Shown here: positions 30,166 to 39,920 of the stretch, one piece after another
Numbering within the stretch: the stretch's first letter is position 1
Layout of the letters: the number at the start of each line of letters is the position of its first letter
NCBI GenBank assembly: GCA_017438945.1
Contig: JAFRUI010000003.1
Span: 8,664 to 72,663, forward strand
DNA: 64,000 nucleotides
Reading direction: 5' to 3'
From: Bacteroidales bacterium
Lineage (GTDB): Bacteria; Bacteroidota; Bacteroidia; Bacteroidales; WCHB1-69
Program-made: the position numbers and the translations under genes
The notes under the pieces: generated by a model
Databases searched by the model: none
Told to the model about the DNA's origin: nothing
The model's input: the letters and a program-made list of their open reading frames with translations, nothing else

Positions 30166-31371
30166 ATGAACATAATCTTTCTTACGATGTCACCAATACA
30201 GAGTATTGAGGGACGAAACATTTACAGTGACCTTATACGAAAATTCCGTGATGAAGGGCATCGAGTGACGATAGTCTCTCCTCGAGAACGGAAAACAGGC
30301 ATTGCTACGAGTGTCGTAGAAAGTGATGGGGTGAAAAACCTCGGGGTTCAAACGTTGAATCTTACAAAAACAAATGTTGTTGAGAAAGGCATTGGTCAGA
30401 TTTTGGTGAAGAGGCAGTTTAAACGAGCGATCAAGAAATATATAGACAATACAAAGTTCGATTTGATACTCTACAGCACTCCTCCAATCACTCTAATGGG
30501 AGTGGTAAAATATCTTAAGAAGAAAAACCCGCAGGCTATTTCCTATCTTTTGCTGAAAGACATTTTCCCGCAAAATGCGGTTGACATAGGAATGTTTGGA
30601 AAGAATAGTGTGTTCTACAAGTATTTCCGCAAAAAAGAGATTGAGTTATACCGTCAGTCTGATTATATAGGATGCATGAGTTCTGCCAATGTGGAGTTTG
30701 TGCTGAAGCATAATCTGGAGGTTGCACCCTCCAAAGTGGAAGTTGCTCCTAATAGTATAGAATTAAACGATAATCTTAACGATAATGATAACAAAGAAAG
30801 GATAAGGGGAAAGTATGGATTGCCGATAGATAAGCCAGTGTTTGTTTATGGTGGCAACCTCGGCAAACCCCAAGGAATACCTTTCTTGGTGAAGTGTCTC
30901 GATGCCAACAAGAATCGGACTGATTGCCACTTTGTTGTTGTCGGGTCGGGGACAGAGAAGCACTTAATTCAGGAATGGTATGATAAGAATAAGCCAGGAA
31001 ACGCAACGATATTACAGTTTTTACCTAAGGAGGATTATGACATATTGGTGCAATCCTGTGATGTGGGACTAATTTTCCTTGATCATCGTTTCACTATCCC
31101 GAATTTCCCGTCGCGCCTGTTGAGTTATTTGGAATACAAGATGCCGGTGATTTGCGCCACCGACCCGAATTGTGACATGGGTCCAATGGCCGAAGCCAAT
31201 GGTTTCGGCTACTGGTGTGAGAGCAATTCCATTGGGGATTTCACCAATTGTGTCGATAGAATGCTCCACAACGATATAAAGGCGATGGGAGAAAAGGGGT
31301 ATCGGTTCCTCTGTGACAACTATCGCATTGAAAACACATACGATACCATTATGAATCATCTCAAAAAATGA
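30166..31371 (+). CDS. GT4 glycosyltransferase (WbuB-like, possibly L-FucNAc transferase)
   Basis: YSTPPI, LKDIFPQNAVD, YGGNLGKPQG and PNFPSRLLSY; fnlABC are present in the locus. Confidence 0.85.
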   Translation: MNIIFLTMSPIQSIEGRNIYSDLIRKFRDEGHRVTIVSPRERKTGIATSVVESDGVKNLGVQTLNLTKTNVVEKGIGQILVKRQFKRAIKKYIDNTKFDLILYSTPPITLMGVVKYLKKKNPQAISYLLLKDIFPQNAVDIGMFGKNSVFYKYFRKKEIELYRQSDYIGCMSSANVEFVLKHNLEVAPSKVEVAPNSIELNDNLNDNDNKERIRGKYGLPIDKPVFVYGGNLGKPQGIPFLVKCLDANKNRTDCHFVVVGSGTEKHLIQEWYDKNKPGNATILQFLPKEDYDILVQSCDVGLIFLDHRFTIPNFPSRLLSYLEYKMPVICATDPNCDMGPMAEANGFGYWCESNSIGDFTNCVDRMLHNDIKAMGEKGYRFLCDNYRIENTYDTIMNHLKK

Positions 31372-32441
31372 AAAAGGAGATCGGTAGCGAGTTCTGGACA
31401 GGTTGCAGTCCTTGCGATAAGCGAGGATGTGAATGGTCGTACAAGCCCGAATGGTCTGTGAGGGAAACTCTTAGCGGTCGCGTGGCGTTGGAGTATATCG
31501 TTGAAGAGTTGGTAAAGAAGGGTAAAACCTCGGTTTATATGCCTTCCTACTGCTGCCATACTATGATTGAACCATTCTTAAGGCATGGCGTTAAGGTGTT
31601 GTTCTACGATGTGGTTCCTGCCGAGTCAGGCATAAAGCGTCAGTTTGACCCCGATCATGGTTGTGATGTGGTGTTTCTTCTTGATTATTTTGGTTTTGTA
31701 GATGCAGGAACGTCAGTTATTGCCAAGGAACAACATGCCAAAGGTAAGCTGATAATTTACGATGCCACCCATTCGCTATATTCCGATTTCAATTTCAACG
31801 ACTGCGATTATGTGTTTGGCAGCTATCGCAAGTGGATGGATGTGAATTGTGGCTTTGTGGGTGTTAAAGATAATACGGACATTGTCTTCGGAACGGATTG
31901 GAAACCGTTCGACGAGTACACCGATATGCGTGCTCGAATTTTTGATCTGAAGAGTCGTTATATGAATGATGAAGATGTTGAAAAGCAGCAGTTCCTTACT
32001 CTGATTAACGAAGCCGAAGAGATGCTCGAACAGAATTATCATCATACCCTGCCTGACCAACGCTCATTTGATGTTTTAAGGCAAACTGATTGTCGGTATC
32101 TTGTTCGGACACGACGGAACAACGCCTTGATATTGATGCAGAGTGTTCTCGATTTGAATGATGAACGCATCCGCTGCCTTGTTGTTAGAATGGATGCTCA
32201 CGACACTCCACTATTTGTGCCAGTTTATATTCATCCAAACCATAGGAATGCATTGCGCTGCTTTTTAATTGAACACAGCATCTATTGCCCTGTTCATTGG
32301 CCGTTGTCTGATTTGCATGCCGTCAGCAAAGCGGCGACTGAGGTGTATGATTGTGAACTTTCCTTGTTGTGTGACCAGCGGTACGATGATCTTGATATGT
32401 ACAGAATTGTGGAAACTATCAAAGAATATTTAAAGAAATGA
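31368..32441 (+). CDS. Divergent DegT-like PLP-dependent protein
   Basis: LSGR.AL, MPSYCC, DYFG, DATH, SYRKW (putative PLP Lys), RR.N, HWP and DQRY. Confidence 0.65.
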   Translation: MKKEIGSEFWTGCSPCDKRGCEWSYKPEWSVRETLSGRVALEYIVEELVKKGKTSVYMPSYCCHTMIEPFLRHGVKVLFYDVVPAESGIKRQFDPDHGCDVVFLLDYFGFVDAGTSVIAKEQHAKGKLIIYDATHSLYSDFNFNDCDYVFGSYRKWMDVNCGFVGVKDNTDIVFGTDWKPFDEYTDMRARIFDLKSRYMNDEDVEKQQFLTLINEAEEMLEQNYHHTLPDQRSFDVLRQTDCRYLVRTRRNNALILMQSVLDLNDERIRCLVVRMDAHDTPLFVPVYIHPNHRNALRCFLIEHSIYCPVHWPLSDLHAVSKAATEVYDCELSLLCDQRYDDLDMYRIVETIKEYLKK

Positions 32442-33421
32442 TGGACTTGTTTTTTAACCCAAACTATGCCAAAGTTTACAAGAACATCGATGGAGATAGC
32501 GATACCTTTGTGTTCGAGTGTCCCTTTGGTAAGATAACCAACACGTATATATTACGTGAGATAAAGTGGCAGATTGAGGGTCAGACGTATTTCGACATCG
32601 TGACACCCTACGGCTACGGGGGACCCTATTGCGAGAATGTAACCGACATGCATCAGTTGATGGAGGCTTACAAAGAGTCTTTTACCAAGCATTGTGGGAA
32701 ACACAATATTATCTGCGAATTTCATCGTTTTCATCTTTTCGACAATGTCGATTTCCGTAAGAATTATTTTGGCGAGACAATTGAGCTTTTAGCAAATGTC
32801 GTAGTAAATACTACTGGAGACTTTGAGAACGACATTTGGAACCGCTACGACCGCAAAGTGCGCAAGAATGTACGTAAAGCTGAAAATAACGGGCTAGAAA
32901 TATTGATAGAGCCTGATACTAACCATTTGGACGAATTCCTTAATATTTACGACCTCACGATGGATCGCAACAATGCCGACTCGTATTATTATTTCGGCAA
33001 GGAATATTTCCTAAACATAGAGCGGCTTTTGCCCGGAAACTTCATGTATTTCCATGTGGTAAAAGACGGCAAAGTGATTTCCACCGAGCTGGTGCTTTGT
33101 TCTGAGAAGTATGCCTACTCATTCTTGGGTGGCACTTTGTCTGATTACTACGACTTCCGGCCAAACGATTTCCTGAAGAACGAAGTTTTGAAGTGGTGTA
33201 ATCGCACAGGTCGTGAAAAATTTATTCTAGGAGGTGGCTACCACAAGGACGATGGTATTTACAGATACAAGCGTTGCTTCACTCCTGACCCAGATGTGCC
33301 TTTCTATATTGGCCGATATGTCTTCAATCAACAGATATACAATAAAGCAATTGAAGCTCGTGCAGCCGAAGACCCTAACTTCGACCGCAACAATGGCTAT
33401 TTCCCAACATATAGAGGATAA
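32438..33421 (+). CDS. GNAT/FemAB-like acyl or aminoacyl transferase
   Basis: TPYGYGGP, RKNVRKA, Y..TMDR, FLGGT, RPND.LK, LGGG and YK..F. Confidence 0.8.
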   Translation: MMDLFFNPNYAKVYKNIDGDSDTFVFECPFGKITNTYILREIKWQIEGQTYFDIVTPYGYGGPYCENVTDMHQLMEAYKESFTKHCGKHNIICEFHRFHLFDNVDFRKNYFGETIELLANVVVNTTGDFENDIWNRYDRKVRKNVRKAENNGLEILIEPDTNHLDEFLNIYDLTMDRNNADSYYYFGKEYFLNIERLLPGNFMYFHVVKDGKVISTELVLCSEKYAYSFLGGTLSDYYDFRPNDFLKNEVLKWCNRTGREKFILGGGYHKDDGIYRYKRCFTPDPDVPFYIGRYVFNQQIYNKAIEARAAEDPNFDRNNGYFPTYRG

Positions 33422-33427
33422 TTATTT

Positions 33428-34090
33428 ATGTATAAGCATTTTTTCAAGCGAATTTTTGATTTTGTCATTTCGTTGGTGGCGATTATTTGTTTGTCTCCTG
33501 TTTTCATAATCGTTACAATTTGGCTGCATTTTGCCAACAAAGGGGCAGGTGCTTTCTTCACCCAGGTAAGACCTGGGTATCATGGCAAGCCCTTCAAGGT
33601 GATTAAATACAAATCAATGACCGACGAAAGGGATGAAAACGGGGAACTTTTGCCCGATGCCCAACGTCTGACCAAGGTGGGGCGTTTTGTCCGCTCAACT
33701 AGTCTTGACGAATTGCCCCAATTGTTCAATATCTTTAAGGGTGAAATGTCACTCATCGGGCCTCGACCTTTGCTGATGCAGTATCTGCCTCTTTATAATC
33801 CTGAGCAGGCTCGCCGTCATGATGTCCGTCCTGGTATCACGGGCTGGGCGCAGGTGCATGGCCGAAATCATTGTAAATTGAGCGAGAAGTTCAAACTTGA
33901 TGTTTGGTATGTTGACCATTGTTCGCTGTGGACTGATATTCGCATACTGTGGTTTACCGTGATGAATGTACTGAAACGTTCTGATGTGGGCGAGGGTGCC
34001 GAGGACATGAGAGAAGTTGATGACCTGCATTTCTCCGAAATCTATCACAGAGACGATAACAATAGTGTTACTGAAAATATTAACAATTAA
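33428..34090 (+). CDS. Initiating phosphoglycosyl transferase (PglC-like)
   Basis: KR.FD, K..SM.D, R.TSLDELPQL.N, GPRP and RPGITGWAQV.GRN. Confidence 0.93.
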   Translation: MYKHFFKRIFDFVISLVAIICLSPVFIIVTIWLHFANKGAGAFFTQVRPGYHGKPFKVIKYKSMTDERDENGELLPDAQRLTKVGRFVRSTSLDELPQLFNIFKGEMSLIGPRPLLMQYLPLYNPEQARRHDVRPGITGWAQVHGRNHCKLSEKFKLDVWYVDHCSLWTDIRILWFTVMNVLKRSDVGEGAEDMREVDDLHFSEIYHRDDNNSVTENINN

Positions 34091-34102
34091 ACTTATAATA
34101 TC

Positions 34103-35368
34103 ATGAAGGAATTGGAGGGTAAAAAACTCCTTATCATAGGGGCGTCGAATTATGATGTCGATGTTGTCAAAATAGCTCAGTCGATAGGTTGCTACGTAAT
34201 TGTTACGGATGTAAGAACGGGCAAGGATTGTCCGGCTAAACCTATTGCCGATGAAGCTTGGGACATCAGTTGGATGGATTATGACACCTTGGAGAAAAAG
34301 TGTCGCGAAAGTGGAGTGAATGGTATAATGGCCGGGGTTAGTGAGTTTCGTATTGAAGCTATGATTGAGATGTGCGAACGTCTCGGTTTGCCATGCTACA
34401 TCAACCGTGAACAACTTGAAATCACCCGCGACAAGAATAAATTTAAGAACCTTTGCAAACAATACTGTGTGCCGATTGTCAACGAGTACGACCCCAACGA
34501 TGCCAATATTCTCTTTCCTGTCATCATTAAGCCTACTGACCGTGGTGGAAGTATTGGAATCAATGTGGCTTATAATGCAGACGAGTATAAGGAATACTTG
34601 GCCTACGCCTACGAAATGTCACCCTCGAAGAGCGTGGTGGTGGAAGATTTCATTGGCGATGGCGTTAAATTCGACTGCACCTATTACATCAACGGCAAGC
34701 AAACCATCCTGATTGAGACCTGCGACACCACAATGTTGGGCAGTCAAAAAGGTTTCGAGACCAAGCAAAAAGCTTGGACGTTCCCTTCCAGATTCGAAAA
34801 AGAATACATTGATTCAGTTGATGGAAATATAAAAGCGATGCTTTCCGATATGGGAATGGAGTGTGGTGTTGCCAATATCTCATTTTTCTATCGTAATGGT
34901 AAGTTCTATGTGTTTGAAACAGGATTCCGTCTTGGTGGTGGACATTCATTCGACTATCATCGTGCCAGCGACGGCATTGATTATTTGACTATGATGATTA
35001 AATATGGTATGGGTGTTCCGTTTGAAGTAAAGCCTGATTTCATCCTTGACCGAGGTTATTCTATAACATATAGCCCATATTTCCAAGCGGAAAAAGGAAG
35101 CGTCGTGGAAAGAATTCTTGGGGAAGAAGAGGTGTTGAAGCTTAGAGAGACAATCACCTATTTACCCATCATTTATGATGATTTTGTTGTCGAGGACGAC
35201 AAACCGCAAAAAATCACAATGATATCCTTGTACTCGGAGGATTTGGACACCCTCATCAAAGATGTTGACTTTATCAATAAAACCATAAAGGTGAAAACAA
35301 ACAAGGGCATCTGTCCTATATATGGTGAACTCACAGAAAAGGACATACTCACCGCATTAAAACCATAA
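34103..35368 (+). CDS. ATP-grasp ligase (CarB-like)
   Basis: KKLLIIG, ADE, DK..FK, PVIIKPTD.GGS.G, VEDFI and E.GFRLGG. Confidence 0.85.
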   Translation: MKELEGKKLLIIGASNYDVDVVKIAQSIGCYVIVTDVRTGKDCPAKPIADEAWDISWMDYDTLEKKCRESGVNGIMAGVSEFRIEAMIEMCERLGLPCYINREQLEITRDKNKFKNLCKQYCVPIVNEYDPNDANILFPVIIKPTDRGGSIGINVAYNADEYKEYLAYAYEMSPSKSVVVEDFIGDGVKFDCTYYINGKQTILIETCDTTMLGSQKGFETKQKAWTFPSRFEKEYIDSVDGNIKAMLSDMGMECGVANISFFYRNGKFYVFETGFRLGGGHSFDYHRASDGIDYLTMMIKYGMGVPFEVKPDFILDRGYSITYSPYFQAEKGSVVERILGEEEVLKLRETITYLPIIYDDFVVEDDKPQKITMISLYSEDLDTLIKDVDFINKTIKVKTNKGICPIYGELTEKDILTALKP

Positions 35369-35372
35369 TGAG

Positions 35373-36599
35373 ATGAAAATAGGAATTATCAAAGAGACCA
35401 AGACTCCGGTTGACAACCGCGTGGCCTTGTCGCCAAAGCAAGTGGCCGACCTGAACAATAGGTTCCCTCAACACGAGATTGTAGTCCAAGCAAGTGATAT
35501 ACGTGCCTTCTCCGACGAAGAATACCGTGCTGAAGGTGTGCGTGTGGTATATTATGTGGACGATTGCGATATATTGTTTGGTATCAAAGAGGCCAACATC
35601 GAGAGCCTGATACCTAATAAGCAATACTTCTTCTTTGGTCATATCGCCAAAATGCAGGAGTATAACCGGCCATTGCTCCAGGCATTCATGCAGAAACACA
35701 TCACCTTCTGTGATTATGAATACCTTGTTGATGACAATAACATCCGTGTCTGCGCCTTCGGTTGGTGGGCAGGTGTCGTTGGGGTGTACTACACTTTACG
35801 TGGCTATGGTTTAAAACACAAGTTGTATGAACTACCCAAGCCAGACCGTCGTTTCACACTTGATCAGCTGTTTGGTGTGCTGAACGGTATCGAGCTACCT
35901 AAAGTGAAAATGATTGTTACAGGTGCAGGCCGTGTGTCGCAAGGTGCGCAGCATGTGCTGGACAATATTGGTGCCGTCAAGATGGGCGAAGAAGAGTATC
36001 TCGCTACAGACAAGGTAGATTCTTTGTCCTATTGCGTGGCAGATGTTGACCGCTTGGTGAAGCGCAAAGATGGCGGAGCTTTTTCATGGAGCGACTTCAC
36101 CCACAACGCTAAGGAGTACGAAAGCGACTTTATGCGTTTTGCTAAGAAAACCGACGTGCTGATTTGCGCCCATTTCTGGGGGCCTGAAGCACCGGTCTAT
36201 CTCAGCGAAGAGGACTTGCGCAACCCAGATATGCGCATCCGCATGATTGGCGATGTTACATGCGACATCAAAGGCAGTATCAAGTCAACTGTTCGCCCTG
36301 CCACGCACGACGACCCGTACTACGACTATAACCCTGTTACAGAAAGAGACGAGCCAGCCTTCTCTTTTCCAAACAACATAACCGAAATGGCGGTGGACAC
36401 TTGTCCGAATGCTTTGGCGATGGATACCAGCGCCTATTTCGGCGACATGCTGACGAAGCATGTGTTTGAGCCATTGTTGAAGGGTGAACATTCGGATGTG
36501 ATAGACCGTTCAATGATATTGAAAGATGGTGAGTTGACACCGAGGTACAGATATCTTTCCGACTTTGCACAAGGTCTAAAGGCAAAAGAAGGGCAGTAG
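35373..36599 (+). CDS. AlaDH/PNT-superfamily NAD(P)-dependent oxidoreductase (saccharopine dehydrogenase / lysine-ketoglutarate reductase-like)
   Basis: GIIKE.K..D.RVALSP, R.FSDEEY..G, GIKE, H..KMQ.YN, DYEYL, TGAGRV.QGA, DVTCD and AVD..P. Confidence 0.8.
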   Translation: MKIGIIKETKTPVDNRVALSPKQVADLNNRFPQHEIVVQASDIRAFSDEEYRAEGVRVVYYVDDCDILFGIKEANIESLIPNKQYFFFGHIAKMQEYNRPLLQAFMQKHITFCDYEYLVDDNNIRVCAFGWWAGVVGVYYTLRGYGLKHKLYELPKPDRRFTLDQLFGVLNGIELPKVKMIVTGAGRVSQGAQHVLDNIGAVKMGEEEYLATDKVDSLSYCVADVDRLVKRKDGGAFSWSDFTHNAKEYESDFMRFAKKTDVLICAHFWGPEAPVYLSEEDLRNPDMRIRMIGDVTCDIKGSIKSTVRPATHDDPYYDYNPVTERDEPAFSFPNNITEMAVDTCPNALAMDTSAYFGDMLTKHVFEPLLKGEHSDVIDRSMILKDGELTPRYRYLSDFAQGLKAKEGQ

Positions 36600-36676
36600 A
36601 GATTATGTACTAGAGCTTACGAATCACGAAATGAAAAAAGAATTTGAATAATGTATTAATAAAAAAAGTATCAATT

Positions 36677-37612
36677 ATGAAATTAGGTTTTATTAAGCCC
36701 ACCTATCCGGGCGAAAAAAGAGTGGCATTACTGCCAGAACATATCACTTCGGAATTTGAAAACGAGCTTGTCATCGAAACGGGTTTCGGTTCCGAATTGG
36801 GTATAAATGACGCTGAATATGAGGCTAAAGGTTGCAAAATCGACTCAAGATCAAACATTTTCCAGAATTGTGACACCGTATTCTGCTTGAAACTCATTCA
36901 GCCCGGAGATTATGACCATCTCCGTGAAGGCCAAATGATAATTGGATGGACTCATCCTACGGGTTCTGGTACCGAGTTCTATCAAAAGGTGGCTTGTAAG
37001 AAAGGACTGCACGTCATCGATCTCGACAATATCTATCCAACGGCTCACATTGGCGACAAGCATATTCCTGTAACTTTCATCAAGAAGAATTTTGTTTGGA
37101 AGAATAGTTTCTATGCAGGTGTGGCGAGCGTACAGCATGCACTGTTACATTTTGGTCTCTACCCCGATTCTGACACCAAAATCGCCGTATTAGCCAGTGG
37201 AAGTTGCTCTCAGGGCGGGTACAGCTATGTTTCTAAATACAATGCTGACGTGCGCATGTTTTATCGTAAAACCATGAACGAGTTCTATGAAACAATCGGT
37301 GAATACGACGTTATTATCAACGGTATTGAGGTGGATTCAAGCGTGGCTCACATCATCACCAAGGAACAATTAAAACAAGTAAAGAAAGGCTGTTTGATTA
37401 TTGACTCTGCTGCCGATGCTGGTAATGCAATTGAAGGAACGCGCTATATGTCCATTGCCGATCCGATGTATGAAGAGGATGGAATATTCTTCTATGAAGT
37501 GAATAACGCCCCGTCATTGCTCTATCGGAAGACCAGTTTTGAAATAAGCAAGTCTTTCTCGGAGTGGGTGTATAAAAAAGACGTGAAAAGATTCTGGGAT
37601 TTGTTTGAATGA
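36677..37612 (+). CDS. N5-(carboxyethyl)ornithine synthase-like (AlaDH superfamily) opine synthase
   Basis: MKLGF...EKRVALLPEHI, IETGFG..LGI.D.EY...G, GWTH, N...AG.ASV.HAL, VRMF.R and Y.VNN.PSL..K.S. Confidence 0.75.
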   Translation: MKLGFIKPTYPGEKRVALLPEHITSEFENELVIETGFGSELGINDAEYEAKGCKIDSRSNIFQNCDTVFCLKLIQPGDYDHLREGQMIIGWTHPTGSGTEFYQKVACKKGLHVIDLDNIYPTAHIGDKHIPVTFIKKNFVWKNSFYAGVASVQHALLHFGLYPDSDTKIAVLASGSCSQGGYSYVSKYNADVRMFYRKTMNEFYETIGEYDVIINGIEVDSSVAHIITKEQLKQVKKGCLIIDSAADAGNAIEGTRYMSIADPMYEEDGIFFYEVNNAPSLLYRKTSFEISKSFSEWVYKKDVKRFWDLFE

Positions 37613-37680
37613 TCCGGATATCAGCAGGGCTTTATGTTAAATGTTGATGGTAAACGAAACTATAAATAAACGATCTAAAA

Positions 37681-38778
37681 ATGAGCATAAATTCAATAAT
37701 TAATGCGGGGAAAACGTTTCATGAAAGACGCAGACGGACAAATAGGATTGGGGATTTTATGAAACATGAATTACGAGTCAGCATTCCTTCGTTAACCCAT
37801 GAACAAAAACAGATGGTGGATGATGTGTGGAAGGGTATTCATGTGGATTATATGTGGTTTGCCTTCTTTAATCTTTTTAATGAGGAAGGTAGAGATTGGA
37901 CACCTTTGTATATTCCCAGTAATCTGTATTATAGTATTGTGGATATGCATTACACAGATTACAAAGGTTGTGCCACAATTGAGGACAAAAACTTCAATAG
38001 TTTGTTTTTCTACGATGTCAAGCAACCTGTTACAGTTGTTCGAAATATTGGGGGCAACATAATGGATGAGAATTATAAGATTATTTCCATTGATGAAATG
38101 CACAAAAGACTTTCACCAGATTGCAGTTATGTCGCAAAGCCATCAATTGGCACAGGGGCAGGTAGGCGTATTCTAATATATAAGGCAGGAGAGACGGCAA
38201 AATTTGAAGAATTTATCAAATACGTAGATTCGTTCAAAAACTGTGTTGTGCAAAAATTTGCCACACAGCACGAACAACTTGCATCAATTTATCCAGATTC
38301 TTTGAACTCAATCCGAATAATAACTTTCTACCGCAATGGGGAGGCTAAGGCATTGTCAACTATTATAAGAATGGGTGCTGGCGGCAATAGAATTGACAAT
38401 GCTACCGCAGGTGGTTGTTTTGTAGGAGTGGATAAAACAGGTCATCTCAAGAATGTGGCATTTAATGATTATGGTGAAAGATTTGAATCTCATCCAACAA
38501 CGGGTGTCCCGTTCAAGGGTCACTATGTGCCAGATTTTGAAAATTTGGTAAAACTTGCAGAGAAGTTACACAATCGGTTGGTGAACTTTTCCAAACTTGC
38601 ATCATGGGACTTTGCGATTGATTCAGAAGGTGATCCGATTTTGATTGAAAAGAACTTGTCAGAAGGAGGTCTTTCCTTCCATCAACAGTGCAATGGACCT
38701 CTTTTCGGTGATATGACGCAGGATATTATTAAAGAAGTGTTCGATAGGAAAGCTCGATTGTTAAGTGTGGTATTGTAA
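37681..38778 (+). CDS. Sugar-transfer-associated ATP-grasp protein, copy 1
   Basis: EDKN, AKPS.G.G.G, QH, NSIRI.T, RMG..DN...GG, HPTTG, SWDFAID and LIE.N. Confidence 0.85.
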   Translation: MSINSIINAGKTFHERRRRTNRIGDFMKHELRVSIPSLTHEQKQMVDDVWKGIHVDYMWFAFFNLFNEEGRDWTPLYIPSNLYYSIVDMHYTDYKGCATIEDKNFNSLFFYDVKQPVTVVRNIGGNIMDENYKIISIDEMHKRLSPDCSYVAKPSIGTGAGRRILIYKAGETAKFEEFIKYVDSFKNCVVQKFATQHEQLASIYPDSLNSIRIITFYRNGEAKALSTIIRMGAGGNRIDNATAGGCFVGVDKTGHLKNVAFNDYGERFESHPTTGVPFKGHYVPDFENLVKLAEKLHNRLVNFSKLASWDFAIDSEGDPILIEKNLSEGGLSFHQQCNGPLFGDMTQDIIKEVFDRKARLLSVVL

Positions 38779-38798
38779 AACAATAAAAACAATAGATA

Positions 38799-39896
38799 AT
38801 GAGCATTAGTTCAATAATTGATGCAGGTGCATCGTTCCGCGAAAGATGCAAACGGTCAAAAAAAATCCGGGATTTCATGAAACATGATCTTAGGATTACA
38901 ATACCTCCGCTGACAAAAGAACAAAGGCAAATGGTGGATGAGGTGTGGAAGGGTATTCATGTGGATGATTTCTGGTTTGCCTTCTTTAATCTTTTTAATG
39001 AGGAGGGGAAAGACTGGACCCCATTGTATTTCCCGAGCAATCTCTATTATAGCATTCTGGATATGAAATACAACGACTACAGAGGTGCTATCACAATAGA
39101 GGACAAAAATTTTAATAGTTTGTTTTTTTACGATGTCAAACAACCTATTACAGTTTTGCGGAACATGGGAGGTACTTTTATGGATGAGAATTATGAGCGT
39201 ATATCCCTTGATGAAATGCACAAAAGGTTGTCTCCAGATTGCAGTTATGTTGCAAAGCCATCAATTGGTTCGGGTGGCGGTAGATGTGTTCGAGTCTATA
39301 CAGCTGGTGAAACGAAAAAATTTGAGGAATTTGTAAAATACGTAGATTCGTTTAAAAACTGTGTTGTGCAAAAATTTGCCACACAGCATGAGCAAATAGC
39401 GTCAATTTATTCGGAGTCTATAAATACAATCCGAATGACGACATTCTTCCATAACGGTGAGGCCAAGGAATTGTCAACTGTAATACGGATGGGCGCTGGC
39501 GGTAATAGAATTGACAATGCCACTGCTGGTGGGTGTTTTGTGGGGGTGGATAAAACAGGTCAACTTAAGAATGTTGCATATAATGATTATGGCGAAAGGT
39601 TTGATTGTCATCCGTCAACGGGTGTACCATTCAAAGGTCACTATATTCCAAACTTTGATCAATTGGTGCATCTTGCAGAATCATTGCATAATCGGTTGGT
39701 GAACTTTTCTAAACTTATCTCATGGGATTTTGCAATAGATGCTGAAGGTGACCCGATATTAATTGAAAAGAACATGTCATGGGCAGGTTTGTCCTTCCAT
39801 CAGCAGTGCAATGGTCCTATTTTCGGAGATATGACACAGGAAATTATTGCGGAAGTGTTCGACAAGAAAGCAAGACTGTTAAGTAAATTGTTATAG
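38799..39896 (+). CDS. Sugar-transfer-associated ATP-grasp protein, copy 2
   Basis: Same motifs; end-to-end paralog of copy 1. Confidence 0.85.
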   Translation: MSISSIIDAGASFRERCKRSKKIRDFMKHDLRITIPPLTKEQRQMVDEVWKGIHVDDFWFAFFNLFNEEGKDWTPLYFPSNLYYSILDMKYNDYRGAITIEDKNFNSLFFYDVKQPITVLRNMGGTFMDENYERISLDEMHKRLSPDCSYVAKPSIGSGGGRCVRVYTAGETKKFEEFVKYVDSFKNCVVQKFATQHEQIASIYSESINTIRMTTFFHNGEAKELSTVIRMGAGGNRIDNATAGGCFVGVDKTGQLKNVAYNDYGERFDCHPSTGVPFKGHYIPNFDQLVHLAESLHNRLVNFSKLISWDFAIDAEGDPILIEKNMSWAGLSFHQQCNGPIFGDMTQEIIAEVFDKKARLLSKLL

Positions 39897-39920
39897 ACGA
39901 ACAATAAAAGAAGTATTAGA

